IMG/VR virus record: IMGVR_UViG_3300042474_001151
Location: 48,431 to 112,430 of that record
Reading direction: 5' to 3' (one strand)
Length of the DNA stretch: 64,000 bases
From: a virus
Lineage: Duplodnaviria; Heunggongvirae; Uroviricota; Caudoviricetes
Shown: positions 31,432-41,901 of the stretch, one piece after another
Layout of the letters: each line of letters begins with the position of its first letter
Numbering within the stretch: position 1 is the first letter of the stretch
Notes under the pieces: generated by a model
The model's database searches: none
What the model saw: the letters and a program-made list of their open reading frames with translations, nothing else
Told to the model about the DNA's origin: nothing
Translations under genes and position numbers: made by a program

Positions 31432-32405
31432 TGAGAATACCAATAAAAGAAGTAGTTAATAACTATCCCGATGTTTTACAAGTAACTTGGGTAATCAACA
31501 CAATATGTTCCAATAAATGTGCGTATTGTGTTCCCGCATTACATAGTGGACATAATCACGGATATACATGGGAAGCAGTTAAAGCATTTTTTGACGAACT
31601 ATTTCTAAGATACCCAAAAATACACGTATCAATCGCAGGTGGAGAACCAACAATGTCACCATTTCTTTTAGATTTATGTAAAATGATACATGAGAAAGGA
31701 AGTACTGTGGGATTAACATCAAACGGCACCAGAAATGTTGAGTATTATTCTGAACTATCTAAGTATGTTAATTATATAGTATTTTCATATCATCCACAAT
31801 ATGGTGATAAAAATAAAGTTCTTGAAAAAATAAGAGCGTCTATTAATAATTGTTATTGTTCATTAAGAATAATGATGGACCCAAAACATTGGGACGTTGC
31901 TGTTAATATGTTTAACACAACTAAAGAAAGTGACGTGATGGAGTATTTTAATATGGAGGCGGTTAAGATTTTAGATTGGGACCAAGTTGATAGGGATACT
32001 TTAGTATACACCGAAGAACAATTAGAATGGTTTAAAGGTGATAATCGAGTTAACACAAAAACATTAATACCAACAGTCAATAAACCAGCATTAATTGGTG
32101 CACATTTTATTTTATCCGACGGTACTGTTGACACAAAAGCAGATGCTGTTGACTACATTAATGAAGGATTAAGTAATTTCTTTGGGTATCAATGTGACAT
32201 TGGATTGGAATCTTTATTTATTTTTGCTGATGGTGAAATAAAACGAGGTAATTGTGTTGGTTTTGATCTTGGTAATATTAATAAATTACAAGAAATAAAA
32301 TGGCCAACTGGTCCTATTACTTGTCCATGGCATATCTGTCATTGTGCAACAGATGTTATGATAAGTAAAAGAAGTCCGGAGTTAGTAAAAGGAAAATTAA
32401 TATGA
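31431..32405 (+). CDS. radical SAM protein with C-terminal Cys cluster
   Basis: ICSNKCAYC, AGGEPT; C-terminal C...GNC...CPWHICHC. Confidence 0.85.
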   Translation: MRIPIKEVVNNYPDVLQVTWVINTICSNKCAYCVPALHSGHNHGYTWEAVKAFFDELFLRYPKIHVSIAGGEPTMSPFLLDLCKMIHEKGSTVGLTSNGTRNVEYYSELSKYVNYIVFSYHPQYGDKNKVLEKIRASINNCYCSLRIMMDPKHWDVAVNMFNTTKESDVMEYFNMEAVKILDWDQVDRDTLVYTEEQLEWFKGDNRVNTKTLIPTVNKPALIGAHFILSDGTVDTKADAVDYINEGLSNFFGYQCDIGLESLFIFADGEIKRGNCVGFDLGNINKLQEIKWPTGPITCPWHICHCATDVMISKRSPELVKGKLI

Positions 32406-33088
32406 TAAAAAATTTTTTTGATGATGCGTTAACTAATAGTTGGACATCTGATGGTATACCTGAAAATATATTTGATACAAATTGTAATTGGCCATATTCT
32501 GTGATTGATTTTGATAATGATTTTGATGGGATGTTAGAAGAAATTAAATCATTAGAAAAAACATACTTTGTTAAACATAGGGATAAAGATAAAATTAAAT
32601 CGTATAATCATGAAGGATGGAATGCGGTGACGTTACACGGAATTGATTCAACTAAGACGGAACACTTTGACAGATATGGATTTAAAACACAAGAAGAGGC
32701 AAATTATAATTGGACCGACGTTTGTGAATATCTTCCAAAATTAACTAACTTTATAAAATCATTAGGATATGAACAATACGATAGAGTTAGAATTATGAAA
32801 TTAGAGGCGGGAGGTTTTATTATGCCACATACCGACGGTAAAGGAAGAATTTTTGGACCATTTAATATAGCAATAAACAATCCTGAGGGTTGTCAGTTCG
32901 TATTTAAAAACCATGGGTTGGTACCATTTAAAAAAGGTAGAGGGGTGTTCTTAGATTTGGGTAGAGAACATGCAGTTTGGAACAATTCTGATGAGGATAG
33001 ATACCACATAATTGTACACGGACACATTAACCCAAAATTATTAAACGATTCGATAACTTATACTAACACCATTTATGGACATAATTAA
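32402..33088 (+). CDS. 2OG-Fe(II) oxygenase, Asp/Asn beta-hydroxylase-like
   Basis: IMPHTDG...EHAVWN...RYHIIVH (HxD..H..R). Confidence 0.8.
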   Translation: MIKNFFDDALTNSWTSDGIPENIFDTNCNWPYSVIDFDNDFDGMLEEIKSLEKTYFVKHRDKDKIKSYNHEGWNAVTLHGIDSTKTEHFDRYGFKTQEEANYNWTDVCEYLPKLTNFIKSLGYEQYDRVRIMKLEAGGFIMPHTDGKGRIFGPFNIAINNPEGCQFVFKNHGLVPFKKGRGVFLDLGREHAVWNNSDEDRYHIIVHGHINPKLLNDSITYTNTIYGHN

Positions 33089-36000
33089 TAACGTTTTTAC
33101 AAATAATTTAAATTTATCAATTTGCATATTTCCGGCCGATACGTTACACAATGACGAATTGTCCGAACGGATGATTGAATTTACAAGATTCTACACATAC
33201 AGAATAAAAGAAATTACTGAGAATGGTGCAATTGATGTTATTGTTGATAAATCAATAGATGAAGCGTTGATTAACAATCATGAAAAATATGATCATATAT
33301 TATTCATGTCTGCTGGTGTTAGAATTTACGATAGTAGTATAATATTTGATATTGAAAATGAAATATTAAATAATCCAAATTATATGGCGGCCGGTCATAT
33401 TTTGGAATGGAAAGAAAATTGGTACGAATTACACCACCAATTTATTTTAGTTAATACTAAAAATTGGGTAAAAGCTGGTAAACCTTTTTATGGTGGATGG
33501 GAAGGTAAGTACGATGATTTAGTGGTAATAGAAAGGAGTGTTGAAAATTTTCATGATGATTATACACCATTATGGATTAGAAACACCGGCACCATTGAAA
33601 ATAGATTTCACCAAAAACAAGGATGGAATTTTATTAACGAAGCATTGAAAAATGGATTTGACGTCATCAATTGGAATCAAACCATTAGAAATAAAAGAAC
33701 GTATTATTATCCCGAATCCGACAGTGATAAATTTTTAGAATGTTTAAAAACACAAACTGTTGATACAACATTAAACGTTAATCAAGTTAAATTATTACAG
33801 AGTCCGGATTCAGTTAAAAATCAAATATGGTTGTTAAATTCTGAAGATATGAATTTAACATTCTACAATAAAGAAAGTAGATTAGATGTTATTGCAATAC
33901 CTGCTGGAGGATTTAAGTTTTTGGATATCATTAAAAACAAACATTTAAATGAAAACGGAAAAGTTATAATATACGACTTTAATCAAAAAAGTTTAGATTG
34001 GTTTGATTTTATATTAAAAAACGATACAAGTAATATTAAGGAAACTATAAAAGATTTCCAACACAATAGAAATTTTCACTTTTTAGGAATGGGTCAGAAA
34101 GTTTTTGGAATGGATGGAAATTTCACAAATAATTTCATATTAAGTTTAGATAGAACATTTGAATATTATGGAGGAGAAGATAATTTTCATCAATACCTTA
34201 CTGAATTTAAAAAATTAAATGTCAAATTAGTTAATTCTGATTTAATACGCCATCCAGAAAAACTAATTAATGAATTGGACGGTAGAAAAAATTACATAAG
34301 TATTTCTAACATATTCTCAACGGATTACACAAATACATTTATTGGACTTAAAGAGACTAATGAATATTATTTAAAATTAAGGAGTTTATTACCAAACGAC
34401 ACACTATTGGTTGGTTTTACTCCTGACTGTAAGTATATTGATGAGATTCTTTATAAGAATGAATCCATAAAAGAACAGTTAGATAATATTAGTGGAGATA
34501 GAGACCAATTAATATTAAAACACATTTTAGAAAGAGATTCGGAGAGTACGAGAGAAGTTCCTAACAACCACGCTTCGGCACATATAGGTGGAGTTAAAGG
34601 TATTTTAAAATATCAAAATTTTAATGAACCGGTTGCGTTAAAAGATTTCAATGAAGGTAGAGAGAGAGTTATTATGGCAATTTGTCCCAGTTGGGGGGTT
34701 ATATTCCCACCATACGGTGTGTCAAAAATTGTCGGTACATTAAGAAAAGAGGGATTTGCATGTAAGGTATATGACCTAAACGTTCAACTGTATCATAACT
34801 TAATTGAAAGAACCGGTGAAGACTATTGGAGATCTGAAAAGTTTTTCTATTGGGAAGATTCTTGGTTTTTTAAACAATATCTTTTGGATGAAGTGGAACC
34901 GTACCTTAGTAGGGCTGCGGATAAAATAATATCAGATAACCCAACAGTAATTGGGTTAAGTATGTACACCACGAACAGTCAAGCATCTTTAGTACTAATA
35001 AAGAAATTAAAAGAAAGAGCGCCACACATACCAATCGTTGTTGGAGGACCTGCAGTTGCAACAGAAGAATGGTTATTAAACAACGAGTTCTCAAAATACG
35101 TGAGTTACTTTTTCAAAGGTGAAGCTGAAGAGAGTTTTGTTAAATTTTTAAATGACGGAGTACACTTAAAGAAATTACCAATAGATGGAATTTTTATTGG
35201 GGACACCAATAGTAAAATAAACTTAGACGAAAAGGCATACGCCGATTTTTCTGATTATGATTTGGAGTCTTACTTACATCGAGACGGTGTTAGTATCGAA
35301 ACATCGAGAGGATGTGTTGCACAATGTAGTTTCTGTGCTGAAACTTATTTTTGGAGATTTAGGTCAATGACACCGGAAAGAGTAATTGATGAGATGAAAT
35401 TTCAAATTGAAACATATGGTGTTAAAAGATTTTGGTTTGTTGACAGTTTAGTTAATGGTAACCTAAAGAATTTCCAAAGGTTAGTTGATTTGATATTGGA
35501 AAACAAACTTGAGATTGGATGGAATAGTTATAGTAGATGTGATGGAAGAATGACAAAAGAATTTATCGACAAGGTTGCCGACTCTGGTTGTACTGCATTA
35601 AGTTATGGTGTCGAATCTGGAAGTCAAAAGGTCCTCAATGACATGAGAAAAAAAATCGAGATTTGGGAAATCGAAAATAACTTAAGGGACACATACACCA
35701 CCAATAAAATATTCACTCACGTTAATTGGTTAATCGGATTTCCAACTGAAACTTACATTGATTACTATCATAGTAACATTCTAATTTATAATGTTAGAAA
35801 ATACATACACCAATTAAGTCCTGGTATGGGATGTGGACCGAGTGTTTTAAGTGACTTACAGGAAAGATTTGACCTATATGGAATTGCTTGGAAAGAAAGA
35901 ACGTGGGATAATCAATTTTTAGGTAATTGGTATACACATGGTTTTAAAAATACACAACTAAACAGATTCATTAGAATTAAATTATTTCACATATGGATGG

Positions 36001-36587
36001 AAATATTAAAAAATAGTGCCGGTAGTGTGGTCGATAATCCTCAGAGACATAGTGATATAAACGAATCTTACACATTTAAAACAAATAACTATAATATTGA
36101 TGAATATATGATTCAAGAAGAGAATATTAATTTTAAATTAATTGAAGAGTCTGAGTCAAATTCATTGTTAAGTACATATGTTGCAAATGAACCACTACCA
36201 ATATTCTTTGGGTTATATAAGATATTCAAAGGTTTTGAAATGAATATCACATTTGACCCTGATAAAGATATAAAGTCATGGGGAAGTATTTCTGTCAATT
36301 ACTTTGCAAATATTAACTTTAAAATAGATAATTCTGGAAATTATACATATTCAATTAATCATGGAATGAGACATTATGGAATGACTCCTAAAATTGAAGA
36401 AACATATAAATGGGAAAGAAACAATACTCATGGTGACATGAGTTTTAGTGACCAATTTATTAAAAGTGGAAACATAAAAAATTGGATTACTAATGAAGAT
36501 TATGTTGATGAAACTATTCATGAACAGTATAGAAATAAAACTAAAAAACATTTAACACCGGTTACGGTCACAAAAAGACTAATATAA
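33075..36587 (+). CDS. multidomain protein: unknown N-terminal region fused to B12-binding radical SAM (class B methylase-like)
   Basis: PPYGVSKI..LRKEGF..YDLN and IVVGGP (B12-binding); ETSRGCVAQCSFC; YGVESGSQKVL; HVNWLIGFPTET. Confidence 0.8.
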   Translation: MDIINNVFTNNLNLSICIFPADTLHNDELSERMIEFTRFYTYRIKEITENGAIDVIVDKSIDEALINNHEKYDHILFMSAGVRIYDSSIIFDIENEILNNPNYMAAGHILEWKENWYELHHQFILVNTKNWVKAGKPFYGGWEGKYDDLVVIERSVENFHDDYTPLWIRNTGTIENRFHQKQGWNFINEALKNGFDVINWNQTIRNKRTYYYPESDSDKFLECLKTQTVDTTLNVNQVKLLQSPDSVKNQIWLLNSEDMNLTFYNKESRLDVIAIPAGGFKFLDIIKNKHLNENGKVIIYDFNQKSLDWFDFILKNDTSNIKETIKDFQHNRNFHFLGMGQKVFGMDGNFTNNFILSLDRTFEYYGGEDNFHQYLTEFKKLNVKLVNSDLIRHPEKLINELDGRKNYISISNIFSTDYTNTFIGLKETNEYYLKLRSLLPNDTLLVGFTPDCKYIDEILYKNESIKEQLDNISGDRDQLILKHILERDSESTREVPNNHASAHIGGVKGILKYQNFNEPVALKDFNEGRERVIMAICPSWGVIFPPYGVSKIVGTLRKEGFACKVYDLNVQLYHNLIERTGEDYWRSEKFFYWEDSWFFKQYLLDEVEPYLSRAADKIISDNPTVIGLSMYTTNSQASLVLIKKLKERAPHIPIVVGGPAVATEEWLLNNEFSKYVSYFFKGEAEESFVKFLNDGVHLKKLPIDGIFIGDTNSKINLDEKAYADFSDYDLESYLHRDGVSIETSRGCVAQCSFCAETYFWRFRSMTPERVIDEMKFQIETYGVKRFWFVDSLVNGNLKNFQRLVDLILENKLEIGWNSYSRCDGRMTKEFIDKVADSGCTALSYGVESGSQKVLNDMRKKIEIWEIENNLRDTYTTNKIFTHVNWLIGFPTETYIDYYHSNILIYNVRKYIHQLSPGMGCGPSVLSDLQERFDLYGIAWKERTWDNQFLGNWYTHGFKNTQLNRFIRIKLFHIWMEILKNSAGSVVDNPQRHSDINESYTFKTNNYNIDEYMIQEENINFKLIEESESNSLLSTYVANEPLPIFFGLYKIFKGFEMNITFDPDKDIKSWGSISVNYFANINFKIDNSGNYTYSINHGMRHYGMTPKIEETYKWERNNTHGDMSFSDQFIKSGNIKNWITNEDYVDETIHEQYRNKTKKHLTPVTVTKRLI

Positions 36588-37381
36588 TGGCTTTAATGTT
36601 AATAAATGGATGTAGTCATACTGCCGGTTCTGAAATCGAATACACCGGTCAAGCTATTTGTTATAATAAATCTTGGGGTAAATGGTTAACAGATATGTCC
36701 GGCGATGAATATGTTAACATATCAATGTCAGGTGCCGGAAATGAATATATATGTAGAACCACAAAAGATTGGATAATTGAGAACGTATTTTTAAATAAAT
36801 TACATAATAAAGAAGACTTACATGTTATTGTAATGTGGTCAGGATTTGATAGAAAGGAAGTATATTACCCCGATTCAAATCGAATGGATAGTGTTAACCC
36901 ATTAAGCGACCCAAAACTTTACACGAAAACAATGCAATATGAAATGAAAAAATTACAAGAAGTGATTGTTTATTTTCATGACGTTATTTATTCAAACTTA
37001 AAAAATATTATTATATTAAACGATTTATTATATTTTTTAAACACATATGAAATAAAATACACATTTTTAAATGCATTAAGTCCATTTATAACGTTTGAAG
37101 AATTGAATGGTTACAAGAATCACGTCTTATACCAATCATACTACAATAATTTATGGATTTTTAATGAAATAAATAAAGGTAAACATTTAGGTATTTTCAA
37201 TAAAGATGAAACGTTTTATCACCATTTAAATAATCATAAAAATTTTAAATGGTCTAAATTTAGTGAATATGGTCATTTTGGTGAGGATGGTCACAAATAT
37301 TGGGCGGAAAAAATTTATGACCTTATTTTTAACAATAAACCAATAAGTAATAAAAAATTAGGTCCAGAAATATTTTTTTAA
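36587..37381 (+). CDS. SGNH/GDSL-like protein
   Basis: INGCSHTAG, SGAGNEYI, GHFGEDGHKYWA. Confidence 0.6.
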   Translation: MALMLINGCSHTAGSEIEYTGQAICYNKSWGKWLTDMSGDEYVNISMSGAGNEYICRTTKDWIIENVFLNKLHNKEDLHVIVMWSGFDRKEVYYPDSNRMDSVNPLSDPKLYTKTMQYEMKKLQEVIVYFHDVIYSNLKNIIILNDLLYFLNTYEIKYTFLNALSPFITFEELNGYKNHVLYQSYYNNLWIFNEINKGKHLGIFNKDETFYHHLNNHKNFKWSKFSEYGHFGEDGHKYWAEKIYDLIFNNKPISNKKLGPEIFF

Positions 37382-37392
37382 AGATTAAAACT

Positions 37393-38541
37393 ATGAAAGT
37401 AGGATTTATTGGTGTAGGTAAATTAGGTAAAGAGGCGGCGGAAGTAATGCACGAAGCGGGTCACGATGTTTTAGGTTATGATACCAGAATAGTTAATGGT
37501 TGTAAACATGAAATGACGTGGTTAATTGAGGATGTCTGTAAACACGGAGAGATAATATTCATTGCGGTACCAACACCTCATCATTCAGATTATGACGGTA
37601 GTCAACCAACATCTCATTTGGAACCAAAGGATTTCGATTATTCAATTGTTAAAAGTGTATTAGAAGAAATAAATCAATACACAACCAAAGAACAATTAGT
37701 TGTATTAATCTCAACAGTTTTACCCGGAACAACGAGACGAGAGTTTATACCGTTGGTTAGAAATTATAGATTCATATATAACCCATACCTAATTGCAATG
37801 GGAACAGTTAAGGAGGACATGGTTAAACCTGAAATGTTAATTATTGGTACCGAAGATGGGACTATGACAGGTGATGCAAGTAAACTTACAGAATTTTATG
37901 GTACATTCATATACCCTAAGACAAGATGTGAAATCGGTACATGGGATGATGCTGAAGCAATTAAAATATTCTACAACACATTCATATCAACAAAAATCGC
38001 ATTGGTTAATATGATTATGGACGTGGCGGAAATAAACGGTAACATGAATACCGATGTTGTGACTGGTGCATTAGAGAGAAGTACATATAGAATATTAGGA
38101 CCGGCATATATGAAAGCTGGTATGGGGGACGGAGGTTCCTGTCACCCAAGAGATAACATTGCGTTAAGATATTTGGCCAAAGAGTATAATTTAGGATATG
38201 ATTTATTCGATTCAATTATGAAGTCTAGAGAGGTACAGGCGAAGAATATTGCAAGTAAATTAATTGAACTACATAATGAAAATGAATTACCTATTGTTAT
38301 TTTGGGTGAAAGTTATAAACCGGGTGTTCCGTATACTGACGGTTCATACACTAAATTAATTGCACATTATTTAAACTACGATTGGTTATATTATGATAAG
38401 ATAGTTGAACCTGCCATATACCTATTAGGACATAGAGGTGTGTATAATGAAACCACATTTCCCGAAGGAAGTATTGTGTTAGACCCATGGAGAGAAAGGA
38501 AAAATAAGGACACTATTTATTATGGATACAAAAGAGAATAA
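37393..38541 (+). CDS. UDP-glucose/GDP-mannose dehydrogenase family protein
   Basis: GFIGVGKLG Rossmann motif, FIAVPTP, STVLPGTT, YNP, KIFYNTFISTKI, GGSCHPRD catalytic Cys. Confidence 0.9.
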   Translation: MKVGFIGVGKLGKEAAEVMHEAGHDVLGYDTRIVNGCKHEMTWLIEDVCKHGEIIFIAVPTPHHSDYDGSQPTSHLEPKDFDYSIVKSVLEEINQYTTKEQLVVLISTVLPGTTRREFIPLVRNYRFIYNPYLIAMGTVKEDMVKPEMLIIGTEDGTMTGDASKLTEFYGTFIYPKTRCEIGTWDDAEAIKIFYNTFISTKIALVNMIMDVAEINGNMNTDVVTGALERSTYRILGPAYMKAGMGDGGSCHPRDNIALRYLAKEYNLGYDLFDSIMKSREVQAKNIASKLIELHNENELPIVILGESYKPGVPYTDGSYTKLIAHYLNYDWLYYDKIVEPAIYLLGHRGVYNETTFPEGSIVLDPWRERKNKDTIYYGYKRE

Positions 38542-40205
38542 TGTATATAATTGGAATATCAGCATACTATCACGATTCATCAGTTTGTTTATTTAGAAAC
38601 GGACAATTAGTCTATGCTTGTGAAGAAGAAAAATTTACGGGAATCAAACATGATAGTTCCTTTCCCATCAATTCGTTAAATTACGTATATAAACAATACA
38701 AACTAACGAAAGATAAGGTCGAAGCAATTTGTTATTACGAAAACCCAAAATTAAAATTAAACAGGGTTATCGATAATGCAAAGAGTCAATTACTCACTAA
38801 TCCAATATATTGTATTAAATCATATTTTAATATTAAAAAAAATATATGGAATTTAAATAAATTGTTACCAAAATATGGTAATAAGGTATTTTACTCTAAC
38901 CATCACGATTCCCACCTTTACTATTCTTTTTATAGTTCAAATTTTGATAACGGTATTTGTTTATCAATAGATGGTGTTGGCGAATATGAAACAATGTCCA
39001 TGGCGTTAGCGGATAAAAAAAATATAAGTAAAATATCAATGGCGGAATACCCCCATTCTATTGGTTTATTTTATTCTGCGATGACATCATTCTTAGGGTT
39101 TAGACCAAACGAAGGTGAATATAAGGTAATGGGATTGGCACCTTACGGTAATCCAGATGTTTACATTGAAAAAGTAAGAGAATTGATTAAGTATAAGAAT
39201 AGTAAACTAACTTGTAACATGGACGTATTCACATGGAACACATCTGACAAGTTAATGTTCAACGAGAAGTTAATTGAGTTATTGGGTATAGAACCAAGAG
39301 TCCCTGAAGGGGGTTTAGAACCTCATTATAAGGACTTAGCCGCCTCGGTACAGAAAAGATATGAGGAAATACTTTTTGAGGTCTTAAAATCGATTTCTAT
39401 AATAAATGACAATCGAAATTTATGTTTGGGTGGTGGTTGCGCATATAATGGAGTTGCTAACGGTAAAATAGTTAGAAATAGTCATTTTAACAATCTATGG
39501 ATACCACCTGCACCATCTGATGCCGGTTCCTCAATTGGATCTTGTATTAACTATTTGGTAAATAATAATAAACTAAATGGTAGAATTAATAAGAATCCTT
39601 TTATTGGTCCACATTTCTATGATAATCAAATAGTTGCATCAATTAAGGGATATCGGTATTTTAAACTTAATTCTAGAGAAACAATGGTTAGAAATATTGC
39701 AAAAAAATTAAACGAAGGTAAAATTGTTGGATGGTATCAAGGACCTTGTGAATTTGGATCTAGAGCCTTGGGTCATAGATCTATTTTGGCTAACCCAACA
39801 ATTGTGGGTATGAAAGATAAGATTAATAAAACTGTAAAGAAACGAGAAGAATTTAGACCATTCGCACCAATGGTAATAAAAGATAAACAACATGTTTATT
39901 TTAATGTTACTGACGATGTACCATATATGAATCAAGTAGTTACCGTTAAAGATGAGTACTTAGATAAACTACCGGCCGTCACACATGTCGATGGAACCGC
40001 AAGAGTACAAACAATATACAAACATACAATTATGTATGATTTACTAATTGAATTTGAGAAACTAAGTGGTTATCCAATATTGTTGAATACGTCATTTAAT
40101 ATAAAAGATAAAACAATGGTGTTAACACCAAAGGATGCAATAGATACATTTCATAATACCGATATTGATTTGTTAATAATAGACAATTACTTAATATACA
40201 AATAA
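38541..40205 (+). CDS. carbamoyltransferase (NodU/CmcH family)
   Basis: GISAYYHDSS, EEEKFTGIKHD, NHHDSH, EYKVMGLAPYG, GGCAYNG, EFGSRALGHRSILA, FRPFAP, HVDGTARVQT, LNTSFN. Confidence 0.92.
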   Translation: MYIIGISAYYHDSSVCLFRNGQLVYACEEEKFTGIKHDSSFPINSLNYVYKQYKLTKDKVEAICYYENPKLKLNRVIDNAKSQLLTNPIYCIKSYFNIKKNIWNLNKLLPKYGNKVFYSNHHDSHLYYSFYSSNFDNGICLSIDGVGEYETMSMALADKKNISKISMAEYPHSIGLFYSAMTSFLGFRPNEGEYKVMGLAPYGNPDVYIEKVRELIKYKNSKLTCNMDVFTWNTSDKLMFNEKLIELLGIEPRVPEGGLEPHYKDLAASVQKRYEEILFEVLKSISIINDNRNLCLGGGCAYNGVANGKIVRNSHFNNLWIPPAPSDAGSSIGSCINYLVNNNKLNGRINKNPFIGPHFYDNQIVASIKGYRYFKLNSRETMVRNIAKKLNEGKIVGWYQGPCEFGSRALGHRSILANPTIVGMKDKINKTVKKREEFRPFAPMVIKDKQHVYFNVTDDVPYMNQVVTVKDEYLDKLPAVTHVDGTARVQTIYKHTIMYDLLIEFEKLSGYPILLNTSFNIKDKTMVLTPKDAIDTFHNTDIDLLIIDNYLIYK

Positions 40206-40206
40206 C

Positions 40207-40323
40207 ATGAACAAAATATATAAGTGGATATTAGAAAAGATAGAAGATTATAAACGTAAGAAACGTTTTAAGAAGAAGTTATCCGAGTTACAAAAACGAG
40301 ACCCATTCATATATAAACATTAA
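40207..40323 (+). CDS. 38-aa basic peptide ending RDPFIYKH (not in ORF track)
   Basis: ATG 1 nt after the carbamoyltransferase stop. Reads MNKIYKWILEKIEDYKRKKRFKKKLSELQKRDPFIYKH*. Short PFIY peptides commonly follow carbamoyltransferase genes. Confidence 0.65.
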   Translation: MNKIYKWILEKIEDYKRKKRFKKKLSELQKRDPFIYKH

Positions 40324-40327
40324 TAAG

Positions 40328-41053
40328 ATGCAAATAGTAAGGTCATTATGGGGAGATTATGAAAATTACATTAATGAGATTGGGAAACCAAAATACAATG
40401 ATGTTGTTTATGTGTGGGGTGAGGAGAATAATGAGTTTCTTAAAAGTTTTGGTTACGAGACAAAATTAATCTCAAAGAATAAATGTATACATTGTGACAT
40501 TAATAATCAGTTTATACAAAAACTACAATCTTTTAAGTTTGCAGAAGAAGACTATAATGAATTTCTATTTTTAGATTGGGATGTGAAAGAATTAAAACCG
40601 TTAGATAATAATTTTTACACCGTATTAAAGACCCAAGAATTTTCTGCTAGTTTATACGGTTACCCAAAGGAATTTACTGAGTTAAAAAATAAAGTAGATG
40701 ATTGGACCGACAAACAAATAAATCTAATGGATAAACACTGTTGGTTTTATGATGATGTATATATTTTACCAAACGCTGGGTTTGTTTACAATAATAAAAA
40801 AGGTTTTGGTGATGATTTGATTAAAATTGTAAAAGATTTTAATATTGAGACATTAATTGAAGAGTTTGCCATTCAAATATATTCAAACATGTCATTGGAG
40901 GATTATGTTTTAAATCATGAGTCTAAAGTAATCAATGGGAGACCAGAATGGTATTCGGTTAGCGTGAACGGTACCAACATCAACTCACCAAAAAGAATCA
41001 ACGACTATGTTACAAAATTGATTAAAAAAGATATCTATTTTATTCACGAATAG
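40328..41053 (+). CDS. GT-A-like hypothetical protein
   Basis: FLFLDWDV DxD, PNAGFVY. Confidence 0.45.
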   Translation: MQIVRSLWGDYENYINEIGKPKYNDVVYVWGEENNEFLKSFGYETKLISKNKCIHCDINNQFIQKLQSFKFAEEDYNEFLFLDWDVKELKPLDNNFYTVLKTQEFSASLYGYPKEFTELKNKVDDWTDKQINLMDKHCWFYDDVYILPNAGFVYNNKKGFGDDLIKIVKDFNIETLIEEFAIQIYSNMSLEDYVLNHESKVINGRPEWYSVSVNGTNINSPKRINDYVTKLIKKDIYFIHE

Positions 41054-41055
41054 AT

Positions 41056-41084
41056 TTGACATTATCGATTAATTTTATTATATT
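41056..41084 (+). promoter_or_regulatory. sigma70-like promoter TTGACA-N17-TATATT (predicts a leaderless cysC mRNA)
   Basis: Perfect -35, 17-nt spacer, ATG 41091 exactly 6 nt after the -10 hexamer. Confidence 0.75.
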
Positions 41085-41090
41085 AAATCT

Positions 41091-41528
41091 ATGATTATAT
41101 GGTTAACAGGTCAACCTGGAGCAGGTAAAACAACATTAGCAGATTGGTTAAAGGCACATTTCTATAATAATGCAATCATTATAGATGGTGATGACATTAG
41201 AGACGTTTATCAGAATAAAGATTATTCTGAGGAAGGAAGACGACGTAACATTGAAAAGGCTCAGGATTTGGCGTTATTTTTACATCATAAAAAATTAACC
41301 GCAATAGTGTCGTTGGTTTCACCATATCGAGACCAAAGAGAATCGTTTAAACAAAGGTTAGGTGATGACATAAAGGAAGTATATGTCCATACTACTGACA
41401 TTAGGGGTAGAGAAGATTTTCACGTTCATAATTATGAACCACCTTTAGAAAACTTCATTGATATTGATACAACAAATGAGGATCAATACACATCATTTCA
41501 AAAAATTAAAAATCAATTATATGAGTAA
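41091..41528 (+). CDS. cysC: adenylyl-sulfate (APS) kinase
   Basis: WLTGQPGAGKTT P-loop, IDGDDIR, GRRRNI, SLVSPYR, YEPP. Confidence 0.88.
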   Translation: MIIWLTGQPGAGKTTLADWLKAHFYNNAIIIDGDDIRDVYQNKDYSEEGRRRNIEKAQDLALFLHHKKLTAIVSLVSPYRDQRESFKQRLGDDIKEVYVHTTDIRGREDFHVHNYEPPLENFIDIDTTNEDQYTSFQKIKNQLYE

Positions 41529-41901
41529 AAAATATGCATTATACGTGGGACGTTGGCAAAATTTTCACGCTGGACACGAATGGTTAATTAACCAACAATT
41601 AGAAAAAGGTAAAAATGTTTGGGTTGCAATTAGAGATGTTCCACAAGATGAGAACAACCCTAAAACGGCAATACAAATTTTAAATGAGTTATCAAACGAA
41701 CCTTTCTTCAAAGATAAGTTTGATAGAATATTATTATCAATTATACCTGACATTGAAAGTATTAATTACGGAAGAGGGGTTGGGTATGATGTGATATATC
41801 ACGAACCACCAGCGGATGTTGCGGTTATTAGTGGGACAGCAATTAGAACTGGTCACATGACACCCGATGGTACCATGACTTATGATAAAAACAAGGGATA
41901 A
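41521..41901 (+). CDS. HxGH nucleotidyltransferase (cytidylyltransferase-like fold)
   Basis: YVGRWQNFHAGH, ISGTAIR. Start reassigned to ATG 41521. Confidence 0.75.
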   Translation: MSKKYALYVGRWQNFHAGHEWLINQQLEKGKNVWVAIRDVPQDENNPKTAIQILNELSNEPFFKDKFDRILLSIIPDIESINYGRGVGYDVIYHEPPADVAVISGTAIRTGHMTPDGTMTYDKNKG

